Assembly: GCA_973895155.1 (NCBI GenBank)
Contig: OZ316892.1
Span: 30,262,932-30,326,931, forward strand
Reading direction: 5' to 3'
Origin: Marsupella aquatica
Taxonomy: Eukaryota; Plantae; Marchantiophyta
DNA: 64,000 nucleotides
Below, piece by piece: positions 13,411 to 26,167 of the stretch. Each line of letters starts with the position of its first letter. The first letter of the stretch is position 1. Position numbers and translations under genes: made by a program. Below the pieces are notes generated by a model that did no database searches, was not told the DNA's origin, and saw nothing but the letters and a program-made list of their open reading frames with translations.

Positions 13411-16400
13411 TTTGCTTCACTCATATAACTACAGTACTAGCACACTTACTTGCCTTGGATATGTGACACATGGCTTCCATCCGTGTGCCATGCTTGATCC
13501 GTGTGCTTGAGGTGTGAGCACTATAAATAAAGAGGAGAGGGGCTCTTTTCCCTCACTCTCCATTTTCATCAACTAAGTTGTGAAACCTTAAGAATCCATT
13601 GGACTTGATGACCTCTTCTATGAATATAATCCTTATGAAGTAGACCCACTCATACACGCTTGCTTAGAGCTTCGGTTTGGTCAGAGATATTTTGTATGAG
13701 TTGGACCTTCAGAAAGTGTTATCATTTGATAGGAGATGGTTATTAAGTTCTAAAGAGTTGGAAAGTGCTCAACAATACCTTAACATCATATGCTCATTTT
13801 GGGTGAAACCCTAAGCTTATGAAGTAGACCCACACATGCACGTTGGTTTGGAGCTTAGCTCGGTCAGTGATAATTTGTATGCATTGGACCTTCAGATAGT
13901 GTTTTCATTCAAAATAAGATAAACCGATTAAGATAAACACCTGCATGTATGGACATAAAGTTAACTCAATACATGGTATTTGTTTGAATGAATGATCTTT
14001 TTCCTTGAATGATTCTATATCTTGTCATTAGAATGAATATTAGTTGGATGAAATATTTTATAGTACAAGAATGCCCAGACCAGTACCTGTTCTTCCTCTC
14101 CCTAATCCTTTCCTTATTAGAATTCATGTACTCCAAAAAGAGATAATGTGTCAGCATATGACTTTTTACTTTGGAGAAGCATTTGCAACTATAGTATTAA
14201 ATTCAATAGAGCCACTTGTATATCCTTATGTAGTTAATTTACGGGCAGGATTGGGCTTGCACAATCTTCATCTTATATTGAGATGGATCTCAACAAACTT
14301 CTCTCCGATGAACCTCCTATTTCTTTCTCATTGGAAGATATTTGTTTTGTAACTCGACCCAAGGTAGTTGCCAAAGAGGCAATAATCCATAAGTATGGAG
14401 AAAAGCGTTATGATGTTGTGCTTTCATTCACAGAACCATTCCTTGTGGTGTCTGCTACCCAGTCTAGGATAGTAATCATGATCTTAACTTACATTCTCTC
14501 TTGACACTAGCAGCCATATGCCAGATGCTTCCTCAAGAACCACATTTCCCCCCAGATAACACGAACAAGATCATTCAGCCTGAGTAGATCGGGTTACAAA
14601 CCACATGACTCAGTGGTCTATTTCTTCAAAATGTCATGTGTTAAGACATTTGAAGTAAAGGCTTGGTCAAGTCTGAAACTCATTGACACTTGGCTTAGTT
14701 ATCATATTTTGCTCTATGTAGATGCTACATAACGATATGAACATATTGGAAAATCCCAACATAACTGCTTTACTTAATGAGGATGGTCGGACACCTAATG
14801 CATACCTTGCACACTTGTTAGAGAGCGGTCACCATTGTGCTCTACTGCATATATTAGGCTCAACCCCCCGAATTGCTCTCCCCTGCCGTCCCTCAGCTAC
14901 GGCCACAAAAAGTCAATAGATGGTGCCTAAAGGGCACAGATGAAGCGTTGGCCCAGACTCCGCTGCTGCTTCAGCAGTCTATGATTCTCTTTTCGACTAC
15001 AAATTGACATCCTCTCCTACTGAGGATTGTGCTTAGTGGGTAGAAAGACTAGGGCCACGACCTTTTGACGAGTCCACCCGACAAGACGATTACAAAAGTG
15101 GAGCCTTAACAGCTGCATTACAAATTCAGTCCATCAATCATCTACTCACAGTATTTTCATTCACCCTATTTACCAAAAGAAAAGTTTGGGCTAGAGGGTC
15201 CTTTTGCTCCTCTAATTCATGTTGGCTGAGCAGCAAGATGTTGTAACTACTTTCTTGACTATAGAAGCATGAGTTAAAAGTCTCAATCATACAAAAAGAG
15301 ATCCTAAATTTAAGAGGGGCCTTCCGATGAAGGCTATTGGACCAAAACGACAAGAATAGAGAGTATTTCAGAATTAAGACTTCATGACTTTCAAATGTAC
15401 AAAAAGAAATGTACTGGGCATCAGTCCGTAGCCTACAAAGATAATGAAAATTCACTAGGTATTTAGGGCGTCAAAAAATACTAGACCTGTGGTCTGTTTG
15501 GCTCCCGAATATATTCAGCGATTGACATTTTATCAGGAAAAATTGTCCAATGAACAATGAATTCCACGTGCACATGGAATACTTAATCTGGCTGGTTAAA
15601 ACAACTTGTAGGGATGCTGAGGTCGACAAGCTATCTAAATTTACATTTGAAGATGAATGGACAGGGATAGTGGTATCATAAGTTTCCACAATGCTATTGG
15701 CAAATGGAAGTGAGCACGGGGATAGCCCCATGTGACAATCCAGGGGAATTGAGCATCCGCACAATTCACCTTTCGTATGACAATCGGGCCTAACGTGATT
15801 GTAACTTACGACCACTACAATTAAGAAGTCGCTCGAAGAAAACTCCAATAGCAAATGATGACAAGCTCTGAATGATTGCTGACAAGTATATGCCAGGTGT
15901 CATACAAGAAATATTTTGCCAGTCAACTCGTAATAGATTTTACGCTAACTTACAACTTGATAGCTCTAGAAGAGACAAAGCTTTGAGTTAAGAAGAGGGG
16001 GCACAAACACGTTTATGAACAAATAACACTCGCATCATCGGACCTGGGAGGGAAGGACTTTGCGATAGGCTTGGGAAGGCTCGCATCCAAACAACAAGAC
16101 AAAATTGTTTTCTCTTCACGATTCCAGAAGGTCAGTTCCAAGAAAAAGTTTGAGTCCTCTTGTTTATGTTTGTATGAAGGTCGGCAGAAGAGGAAGAAAC
16201 GCTCCGGACATCTTGCAGACTACAAAAATAGTAACATCAGGCCTGTGAGGGGAGGGGTTTGCATGAGGCTCACGAGGGATTTAGGTTGGAATCCTAAGCC
16301 ATTAAAGTCAGAATTGTGAGAGAGAAATCGGTCACACTGCGTAGTACAATGTCAGCAACAATGGGAATCACTCTCGCTCCTCCTAACCCTATTTAGGAAT

Positions 16401-17288
16401 CCTTTCCCATGAGACCCTACTCATCGAACCCCGTCACAAACACCACATTATTGTCCTCACCTGCCCACCCTCTTCCTTCCTCGCTCCGCCGCTTGCCATG
16501 GTCACCTCTTGAAAATTGAGGCGGTCCAGAAGCAGAAAACTTCAGCTTTGATGCCCTAAAGGCAAACTTCATCGTCGTAGCCATGCAGCTGCTCACTTCC
16601 TCCCGCTGTTGCAACCCCTACTCTACCTCCCGACCCATCACCCCCATCTCGTTCAACAGATCGTCGCCCATCGTGCTTCTTAGTCAATTTTGCACCAAAC
16701 GGCCTGCTCCGTTAGTCCCCACCCCTTTTGCCTCCTTCTCGTTTGCCAACACTTTGTCAAACACCCAGGTTCTTCCCCTCAACCGCACTAAATTTGAGCT
16801 CAAACAAAGTAGAAATAGTTCCGTAGTGGCCCTGCAATAGGGACTGATCTCGTGATAGTAGGGTCGAGGCTGACCCCGAGGCCAGCTATTCGCGTATTCA
16901 CAGCTCTCTCAACACCATGGCTCATTTTCAGGGTCTTATGTGCTTTCAAACAACTTAGTGAGTGCCTCAACAAGGTTAATATACAAAGCTCAGCCACAGA
17001 GAGTTTACAAAAGACCTAATCGTCAACAAGCGTAAAAGAATTTCAACATTTAGGATTCATATCTTTTCTCCACATAATAGTCCTTTTTCCAAAAAGGACT
17101 CTTCTTCTTCCTCTTTGTCCCCTTAGGAATGTAAATTCTTGGGGTTAGGACTCTTAGCTTCTTCATTTTCTTAAGCTCAGGTTGCATAGGACTTGCAGCC
17201 TCCTCTCCCTTCTCCACTTCTTCTTCCTCTCCTCCTCCTCCTCCTCCTTCCCCTCCCTCTGAACCTTGTGCCTCTGAATAATTTCCTT

Positions 17289-17313
17289 CAAGTCAGCATA
17301 TTCCTTTGCCGTG
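17289..17313 (+). repeat. 25-bp perfect direct repeat, copy 2
   Basis: Identical to 5746-5770. Confidence 0.9.
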
Positions 17314-18076
17314 GTCATGAATAGGAGTCACATGTCACAATCTGGGGAGGGAGATACAAATATAAAATGGAGGGATGTATTTTACGTTTCTCAGTCCCCT
17401 AAATTTGTTCTTGTTCCTGAAAAAGATTGTCGAAATTCTACCATACGTTGTTGCCTTACTACAAAATGTTGACCTCGCATCTCTGTACGAGCAATGCCCT
17501 CAGTTTGATCAACTTCATTCAGCCCGCTAAATTGTCATCACATCCAGCCAAGGACATTAAAAAATGAATTTCTCGTACCCCATTAGTGAGTCACCTAGCA
17601 TATTAAAGAGTTAAAAAGGTACCAACAAGACAACGAAGAAGGCATTTCTGGTTTAACAACAAAGTGGCCTTCTCTATGTTGTATGTCAACAATAAGTACA
17701 CATTTCAGGGCAAAAACCTGAATATGCCAGACTGACGAAATTGGCTTCATTAAAGTTGTATGAAGCGGTCCTGCCTCGATGCCAATTCTTCTGCGTAAAA
17801 AATATGTGGGACAATTATCCACTTGAAATGCCCTTCCCCCAAGATTTTGAGAAAACGAAGCATCCTACAGTAATCTGGTACACTAAACACCAAAAATCCC
17901 GGTGTAGGCACTAAGTACTCCTTAAAAGCTTGGAGTAACTTGCACATTTGGGACAGAGCACCTGATAGAAAAACTACATTTTCTGTCATTCAAAAGATCT
18001 CACGACTTTGGTATGAATCAGAACTCAAAAACTTCCGACTGTTCCAGATAAACTATAATCACGTTTGGATTACTAA

Positions 18077-18460
18077 TCCTTGGTGTCCATAGATTGTCCC
18101 CTTGCCGGTCTATCCGGTTTTGAATTGGTGGTCGGCTCCCCTTCCTGCCTTGGCCTGGATTGTGTCTGTCCATCTCATCCACCTCTTGCTCCTGAGAGTC
18201 AGGCCGCTGTGCTCTCCCAGCTTCTAATAGGGCCTCAATTTGTTCTGCCCTCGTAATCGGCTTGTATGCCAATCCCTAGGTATTTAATTCCTTGCCGATG
18301 ATCGATGGCGTTGTGAACCCTGTCGGCTCTGCCACAACGCCTACAGAAAATCCACTGTCCCTGCTACTGCTCCCCACTTAGCCGTTTCATCCAATTGGTC
18401 TACATCCTTTACTTCCTCCGGAATTGCAGCTAAAAAGGTGGATTCTATTGTAAAGCAGTC
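18077..18460 (-). mobile_element. Inverted fragment of the family B PR/RT linker
   Basis: Reverse complement aligns to ~25990-26373 (YKPITRAEQIEALLEA...). Confidence 0.92.
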
Positions 18461-21400
18461 AGTTAAGTGGGTAAAGCAGGAAGGCACCCTAGGAACACCT
18501 TAGTATAGGGACAAAACAAGGAAAATATAAACAATTAGGGGCAACCATGGAACCCGGGCCGAGGCCGGAGGTAAGGACGCTGAGGGTGAAAACTCGATTA
18601 GGGTTAGGGCGCGTTAAGCGTCGGCGGCTAGGAAGGATCAACGGGAAGAAGGACCGGCAGAGGAGAGGGGTAAGGAGCGCTTGCAGGAGATGGTGGCTCA
18701 TTTGCAAGCACGAACTAGGCAGATGACTACGGGAGGCCAACTACTGTCAGCTGCTTAGGCAAGCACTCGGGGAGAGAGTAGATACCGACGATCGACCTAA
18801 GGAGGGTATGAGCAACGTCAATCAAGCGGCACATTTCTGGGGATGCCTGTTCGAACGGGCAACTGAGTACATCAAGACTTACGAGGACGAGGAATCAAAA
18901 AGGGCAGCTCGAGAACGGCAGGAGCTCGCTCGATTGTGGGAGCTGCAGAAGACGGCTTTCTTAGGAGGCAAACTCATCAAGGACGAGTTCCTGTGGACGC
19001 CTACTTCCAATCAACTCGACGATCTTCTGTTTTGCAAAGACAGCGTCGTTGGCATCCGAGAGGCCATCAAGAACTGCAATGACATACATTGGGAATTAAA
19101 GGGTAGCACGGAAAGGTGGACCCAGGCAACGGTGCTAGGAGAAACCTCCATGGCAACAGAGATGAAGAGGAAGGGAGCCGTCAACGATGAAGCCACCCCG
19201 GCAAAAAGAACAAGGTCGGCGGCACCAAAGAAGCCAGCCGAGCAGTAGAGCAGGAGGCAGGGAGAAGCCGAAGAGGAGGAGGTTGATCCCATCAAGGCCA
19301 TTCCAACCAGGGATGACACCTGGAAGGGCTGGGCGGCAACCCTACCAGTGGAGGTGCAACTACATTTTGCACGGGAGGAGGATGCATGCTTTACGGCCAT
19401 GCAGACCAAGAAGTACCAAGGCTTCATGGCCGGATCCGGCTTAGAGGTCTTTGTAAGATTACCATGGCTGAAGCCGGAGGTACCGGAGTCAGACCTATTA
19501 GAATTCGTGGGGTTTAGGGTTTAGGGTTTTGAGGTACCGAGACCAATTGCATGAGGATATATGGGAAGGATTTCTATCTTACTCCCAAGGTAATTGCCGA
19601 AGTGTTTGGCTTGCCGATAGGCAATAAGACCAAAGTTGATACCAGGAAGACCTTGCCTGACAAGGAGTTCCGGTCGTTCCTCAGGCCATCAACGAAGAAT
19701 GGCTTCTTCTGGAACACCTGCACCAACCCGCACATAGGAGAGATGATCGACTTCTTGCGGGTGACCATGCATTGTAACTTGCCGAGGGCAGAGATCGGCA
19801 AGGCACAGGTCTATCTGGCAGAGAGGCCAGACCCAAGCCGGGACTACAACGGGTACCTCCTCAACCAATTGAAGAAGATCTTAAAGGAGGAGCAGCAGGT
19901 AATCGGCATGGGGACCGTGTCGCGGCTTGGCTATCACATGCCGCTGTTGTGCCGGTATGCCAGAGGTCAAACTTTTGCCCCAGTACTTCCCCTGCAGGTA
20001 AGGGCACCCGAGGAAGCTCCAACGCCGAGGCCGTTGACTGAGAAGCCTCAACCACCTGTTAGCCCTACGATCGAGCAGGTGTTTAGGCCCAAGAAGGAGG
20101 ACTTGCCGATGCAGCAACCAGGCATGCAGAGTCTGCTGAAACTACTGGAGAAAGAAAAGAGATCGGCATCGGCAACAACAACGGCAACGGCAACAATGCA
20201 GGACACTACTACAGAGGTAGGCCTACACCGGCTCACAAGAGAAAACCCCTTTGCTGGAGACAAGGAGAGAATCAGGCCGGAATCCAAGCCAGGTGTTCGA
20301 ATGTATGTGGGAATCTCAAGCTCCGAATCTGAGGCAGAATTGCCTGAAGCTCCTACCGACGAAGAGGAGAGGGAGAAGCCGGACGTCCAAGAAGTAGAGG
20401 AGGCAGTGGAGGACTGCAGCCATGATAATTCCGGCTATGGGTCGGACCATCATGTTCCAGGAGTAAGGACCTGTGGCCGGTTTGTCCCCACACTTCCAAG
20501 GGTAGTGCGAGGGGACCCCAACCAGCAGAGTAGCCCTGAGTCTCCCCCACCAGATGTTGCTCCCCCGAGCTTTGACGGCATAAAACAGACGGTGCAGGAA
20601 TTTTAGGAGCGAATCAGGCAGGAAGAGGAGGCAGCCCTGGCTAGGGAAAGGATTTACCAGGAGGAGATTGGCCGGAGGACATCAGGCGGCTAGCCAAAAA
20701 AGGAAGCAAACCTCTAGCCACGATTGAAGAGATCCGCAAGACGGCTTGGGAGCAGAGGCCGCGATGGGCGATGCCGATCACTTCTACTTACTCCACCTAC
20801 GCTAAGAATAGAGCCATGGAGTATGGTGAGATGTGTGGGGAACTTGCGCTCAGCATCTTTGGAGAGGAGTTGGAGGTAGGACCCTTTTTCCATAGGGAGC
20901 AATTGGAGAAGCACCAATTAGAAGAAGCGGTGGCTTTAGAGAGAAGCAAGAAGGACGAGGTCATTCGGCGGCTTAGGAGGATGGAAGCCGCGATTGAAGA
21001 TCTAAGGGCGGCCAAGAAAGCCCAAGATGAACTGCGGATTAAACGGCATGAGCTGAACATCATGCAGGGGCAGTTGGACACCGCGCAGGCTGATAATCAA
21101 AATATCAAGGATAAACTGACTCAGACGCAGGGAGAGTTGGCCGACACGATCAAAGAGAGGGAGAAGTGGAAGCGAGAGCTGAAGAATACAGAGGAGGCCC
21201 ACATAACAGCCAACAGTCGGGCCATGGCGGAGACCCAAAGAAAGGAATGGGCGTTGAAGGGGGAGCTCGAGAAAATCCGCGGAGCCCTTGAGCAGAAGGA
21301 GGCTGAGTTAGGGAAATCCTATCAAGGGATTATGGCGCTGCAGCAGGAGCTTGCGTCCCTGACGGCCAGCTTCAAGGCCGACCTAAGGGAGAAGGACGAA

Positions 21401-23104
21401 ATGCTCGATCAGACTTATGCCAAGATGAACCAGATGGAGTCTGTCATCATTGCAGAGCTCGACAAGGAGCTAAGAGCAACCCGGGAGGAGAGGACTACCT
21501 TGAAACAAGAACAGGAGGAAGCCCAGAAGGAACTAGAGGAGGCGCGCAAGGACCTGGATGAGACCCAGGAGGAGTTGGAGGAAATCACGAGGAAGATGGA
21601 GAACCTCCAGCGGCGGGCCGACAACCAAACGGAGCGGCTGAAGAAACAAGCCGCAGTATTTAAGTGCTTGTCTTCATCAGGCCCAACTCCAATTGGGGCA
21701 ACCAAGTTACCAGGAGTGGTACTGGCCGAAGAAAAAGCCGCGCCACCTGCACCAGTGCCAGAAGTAAGTGGGAAGGGGAAGGGACCAGTGCCGAACCAAA
21801 AAAGAAGAAGAAGCGGAAACCTTCAGGGTCAAGGAGTAATCCGACTCCACAAGCCGTGGTGACCAAGGAGGTAGAACCAGCACCATCCTCCGGCATGAAT
21901 ACGGCAATAGATCCCGCTATCATCACAGGTGGGGGTGGTGCGGCCCAAGCCGAACTACTCAGTAATGAGGCCGGTATCCCAGATCCGCCTCTTGAGCAGG
22001 CCGGGGAGATCGTAGCCGAGGCTGAGGCCGTAACCGATTCCCGAGCCGATGCCGACGCCGATGGTGGACCCAGTCAGGCCGATGGAGAGTTGACTCAGTC
22101 AAGGGCAGGTAATCTGTCAGAGAATGAACCTACGGCAGTGACTGAGGAGGAAGCATTGGGGGCGTCCATTAAGGATCCACCACCGGTGTCGTGACGGTGC
22201 AAGGGCGCCGTTCCTTTTAGGAAGGGCGGACGTGGAGGGAGGAGGCGTGAGTGGGCAGGGCGGGCGCTGATCTCCAAGTTTAGGATTAGGATCAGGACCA
22301 GGAGCGGCCCTGACACTTAGCTTAGTGGGATTGCGGTTCCACTGGTAGGAGCAACACTTGTGCTCCTGCCTTGCTGTACATAGGTAGATTCGGGCAAGTA
22401 GATTACTGTTAGGTAGATTAGGCTTACGATGCAAAGAATGGCGGATCCACTACCAGGATAAGTACCTGGGCAGCGGGGAGCTCAGGGCCTCTTCTTTAGC
22501 AAGTTTTTAGTTTGCACCAGCCGGGCTGGGATCAAGTAGTACGAGAAGCTCTCGGTTAGTCATACTGTGACCCTTGTGTATATTCATGTTTCCTCATGCC
22601 TAAGAGCTGAATAGAGTTGGCCTCACGGCTTAGTTCGCAGAGCTTGTGTATGAGATGTACTGTTTGTATGGCAAGCGCATGGTATGACTCAGTCAGAATG
22701 AGTCATTTTGCTATTTGTGTGTCGCATTAACTTGTGTGAAGAGTGCCCACATCAACAGAAGGAAGGAAAGTAAGCAGGGGAGTGAGAGTTGGATGTGTCG
22801 AGCTGAGAGAGGTCTTAGCGGCTTAACCAAGCCTATTGGGGATCATTCCGGCGGCGAAATCCAAACATACCTAACAAGACGGAGGGGAAGACAGAGGAAG
22901 GCCTAGATTAGGCCGGCTACGTATCTCATGACCCGATGAAGGATCTGTCCAGTATATGTGTGTAAAATGTTAATAGTAGTAGTAGAAGGTTAGCAGCGTC
23001 CCATGCCGCTAAGCCGCGGAAACGGCCTCGCCAAGCGCGAAACCTGCGGGAATCGGCTTGAGCTGGGGGTTTCTTGGGTTTAGGGAGCCATGGGACGCAC
23101 CACA
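18460..23104 (+). mobile_element. Family B giant 5' LTR (~4.67 kb; first 28 bp missing here) containing an accessory gene
   Basis: Ends GCACCACA immediately before the PBS and gag. The same sequence at 60756 extends 28 bp further to TGTGATGC (60728), a 7/8 inverted match to the GCACCACA end. Confidence 0.72.
18808..22194 (+). pseudogene. Family B accessory protein (~1100 aa when reconstructed): conserved domain, Pro/acidic linker and long coiled coil
   Basis: Pieces 18808-19248, 19249-~19510 (SGLEVFVRLPW...LLEFV), 19551-20606, ~20675-21800 (heptad-rich) and ~21800-22194, joined across two TAG stops and three frameshifts. Confidence 0.75.
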
Positions 23105-23108
23105 TTTT

Positions 23109-23126
23109 TGGCGCTAGATGGAGGGG
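23109..23126 (+). promoter_or_regulatory. Primer binding site of family B
   Basis: TGGCGCTAGATGGAGGGG, 4 nt after the LTR end and ~50 nt before the gag ATG. Resembles Tat-type PBSs. Confidence 0.8.
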
Positions 23127-23173
23127 GCATTTCTTAAGCCGTGAGATATGAAGTTAGAACAGAAGCGTAGGTA

Positions 23174-26167
23174 ATGACTGACCTTACGCCGAGGGAAGAA
23201 AGAGTGATTCAACGGGAGAGAGCTCGACTGCAGCAGCTCGCCGGGTGGCATGATACACAGCGACTGAGAAGGGCAGAAAGAGCTAGTAGCTCCAAAACTG
23301 GAAGTGGCGTCGAAGAAGACATACCAGAAGAAGAGTCGGTAAGGAGAAGTGAGTCTCCAACCGACATGGGGGAACCAGAGGCACGGCCAGACGAGAGGCC
23401 AGGGACCAGACTGAGCCAGCGGTCGCGCATACATTACAAGGCATTTCATGGGAGAGGAGATGAGGATCCGGACGAATGGTTGGATGATTTCGAGGGAACC
23501 GCTGCAGCAAATGGAGAATCGGCCATCAAGATGCAGATTCTTCCCGGCCTGTTCAAGGGTGAGGCTAGGCCTTGGTACAGAGCATTAGATGTGGAAGATC
23601 AAGCCATCTGGGATATCTTCAAAACACTCTTTGTTAAGGAGTTTCGACCCATTGGAACTTCAGAACTAGCAGTGCTGAAGTTGGGACGACTTCGGTTCAA
23701 GGAGAACAAATCCTTCAGGAAGTTCTTGCAACGCTTTCAGAAACTGGTAAGACGTACAAAGACCAATGCATCTGAAGGTATGCAACTTCAATGGTTGGTG
23801 AATGCTTTGCCACAGAAGATGAGTTTTGCAATTAGGAAGGAGAACCTGGAGACTTTAGCCGAAGCAATTAAGGATATTCAATTATACATTAATGCAGATA
23901 TCACAAGCCGGAAGAAACAACTTAAGTCTGAGAGTTCCTCATTAGAAGAGGGATCACCCCATAAGAAAAAAGATAAGAAGAAGAAACATTCTAAGAAGTC
24001 TAGAAGTGATAACTCAAGCTCGGATAGTGGAAGTAGCAAGAGTGAGTCATCTTCTAGTTCTGAAGAAGAAAAAACTACCAAAAGGAAGGGCAGAAGGAGA
24101 GGGAAGACGAAAGTCAAGCTGGAGGCTAAGCCACCAGATAACATCGTAGCCCTTACCGAGCAACTTAAGGCTATCATTGCAGAGATAAAACCGAAGAAGA
24201 AGGTAGTACAGGAGGATAGCTCTGTATGGTGTGCCTTATGTTATAAAACCGGACACCATAAAGATGCGTGTCCTAAGCTTAATACTAATCATGTTCGGCA
24301 TGTGGCCGAGATCAGACCATGTCAGGGAGAAGTAGAGTACTTTTTAGGAGATGCCGCTGATAGTGTTTTCGACATCAGTGAGACTGGAGCACGAGACCTA
24401 TCCAACAGACCTGCATCTCTATGGTCAGGGTTAAGGAACAATCCAGGAGAGATGTATCCTCGGATTATTCAGAACCCGTCAGTACCTCCTTGGCCGAATG
24501 TGCAAAGATTTGCGGCATGCTATAATTGTGGTCAACCTGGCCATTTTGCTAGAGAATGCCCGAATGCACGCAAACAGGGTGATGGACAACCAGCTCAGCT
24601 ATGTATGGGATGCCGATAGGAAGGTCATATGCTAGGGCAATGTCCTACTTGGTTGGCAGGCCTGGCCGCAAATCATAAACTTTTGCCGGTCAAGATCTTA
24701 CTGCCAGGTACTACCCCCGGAGGAGTTCAAATCAACCACATCGAACAAGGATGGCAAGAGGATGTTGAGGCAGAGTTCGTACCATCTGATGATGAGGCCG
24801 AAGCCCTATCAACCTTCTCAGAAGAGGATTTAGATCATGATTGCTACCGGGTCTCTACTCGATCTACCAGAAGGAAGGAAAGGTGGGATGGGCTGGCCAA
24901 AAATAAAGGGAAGGTTACGGAGGAAAAGATTGACTCTTTGTCAACATCAATGGAAGGAGAAGGGAGGGCTCCGGCAATACAGGTAAGCCATGAGCCCACC
25001 AGTGAACCCAATCCTTCACAAGATAGCGACTTCAATCGAGATCATCCTAAGTTGTTCTACCCCTCTGTTACGGCTAGTGTTAAGGAACAACTAAGAGAAT
25101 TAGAAACCCTAGAGAATACCAAAGCCATTGCCAAGGATGTAAAACGAGCAAAAGCATTGTTTGCTTCGGAGGACCCAACAGCTGTGGAGACTAGCGTGGC
25201 AAAACTGGCCGAATCCAAGACGGAGACACCACCAGAGGAGAAGCCGATTGTTCCCTATGACCTGGCTAAAGATGTACTAGAATCTAGAGTCTCGGCAACA
25301 GTAGGTCAACTATTGAAAAATAGCCCGTACTTCCGGAAGCAATTAAGGAAGGCTATTCTCGGCAAGCCGAGATTACCCAAGGTAGCAACCAGATCCGACG
25401 TACTAATGATAGAAGAAGATCAAGGAGCCCCAACATTACCATTAATGATTCAAGGAGAATTATTACTACGGGTACCCATCGATGGAGGATCAGGGGTATG
25501 TATTATGATTGATTCAACAGCAAAAGGGTGGGGTCTAACACCGGAGATGATTGGAAGAGTGTTGAACATGGCCAATGGATATCAGGTCATTCCCACGGGA
25601 GTGTTAACCGACATCAAGACAGAGATAGGAGGTACCTTCTTTAGCATTAACTATGTAGTAATGAAGCCAGTAAATCCTACGTCATTCCGGCTATTGATTG
25701 GTAGGCCATGGCTGTACCTAGCCGAGGTAATAGAAGATTGGGGTAAAAAGCAGTTCACTTTTGGGACCCCCTCTATCACGGTATCCTGGGACACTAAGGA
25801 TGACCGTAGGAAAAGCATAAGGGAAGTAGATGGGTACGACAGTGGACTGGAGTCAGCCGATGAAGTACGTTGGTTAGAATGCCTCACTGACCTAACCGAA
25901 GAAAGTGTCTTTGGACCAGAGGTACCCCCCAGTGGATTATGGCAAGAACCAATGGAAGGTGACTTGGAAGAAGAAGACGAAGAGGTCGAGGACTGCTTTA
26001 CAATAGAATCCACCTTTTTAGCTGCAATTCCGGAGGAAGTAAAGGATGTAGACCAATTGGATGAAACGGCTAAGTGGGGAGCAGTAGCAGGGACAGTGGG
26101 TTTTTTGCAGGCGTTGTGGCAAAGCCGGCAGGGTTCACAACGCCATCGATCATCGGCAAGGAATTAA
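23174..26167 (+). pseudogene. gag: Family B Gag-protease, with one in-frame TAG at 24617-24619
   Basis: Gag FHGRGDEDPDEWL; three CCHC knuckles, the last split by the stop (CMGCR*EGHMLGQC); protease PIDGGSG...LIGRPWL. ORFs 23174-24619 and 24629-26167 are in the same frame. Confidence 0.92.

Noticed and set aside
16583-16840. Ser/Thr/Pro-rich ORF resembling a plastid transit-peptide exon
   Set aside because: Composition only; no downstream exons or recognisable domain.
17595-17989. Short minus-strand ORFs as host gene exons
   Set aside because: No recognisable homology or consistent splice structure.
22794-23104. A short ~310-bp LTR for family B
   Set aside because: Disfavoured, not excluded: its start pairs poorly with the LTR end (4/8 versus 7/8 for TGTGATGC), and the copy at 43975-48326 has no TSD and begins at a microhomology.
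24617-24619. TAG in B gag as a programmed readthrough
   Set aside because: It falls inside a CCHC knuckle, lacks a readthrough context and fits a CAG>TAG mutation.
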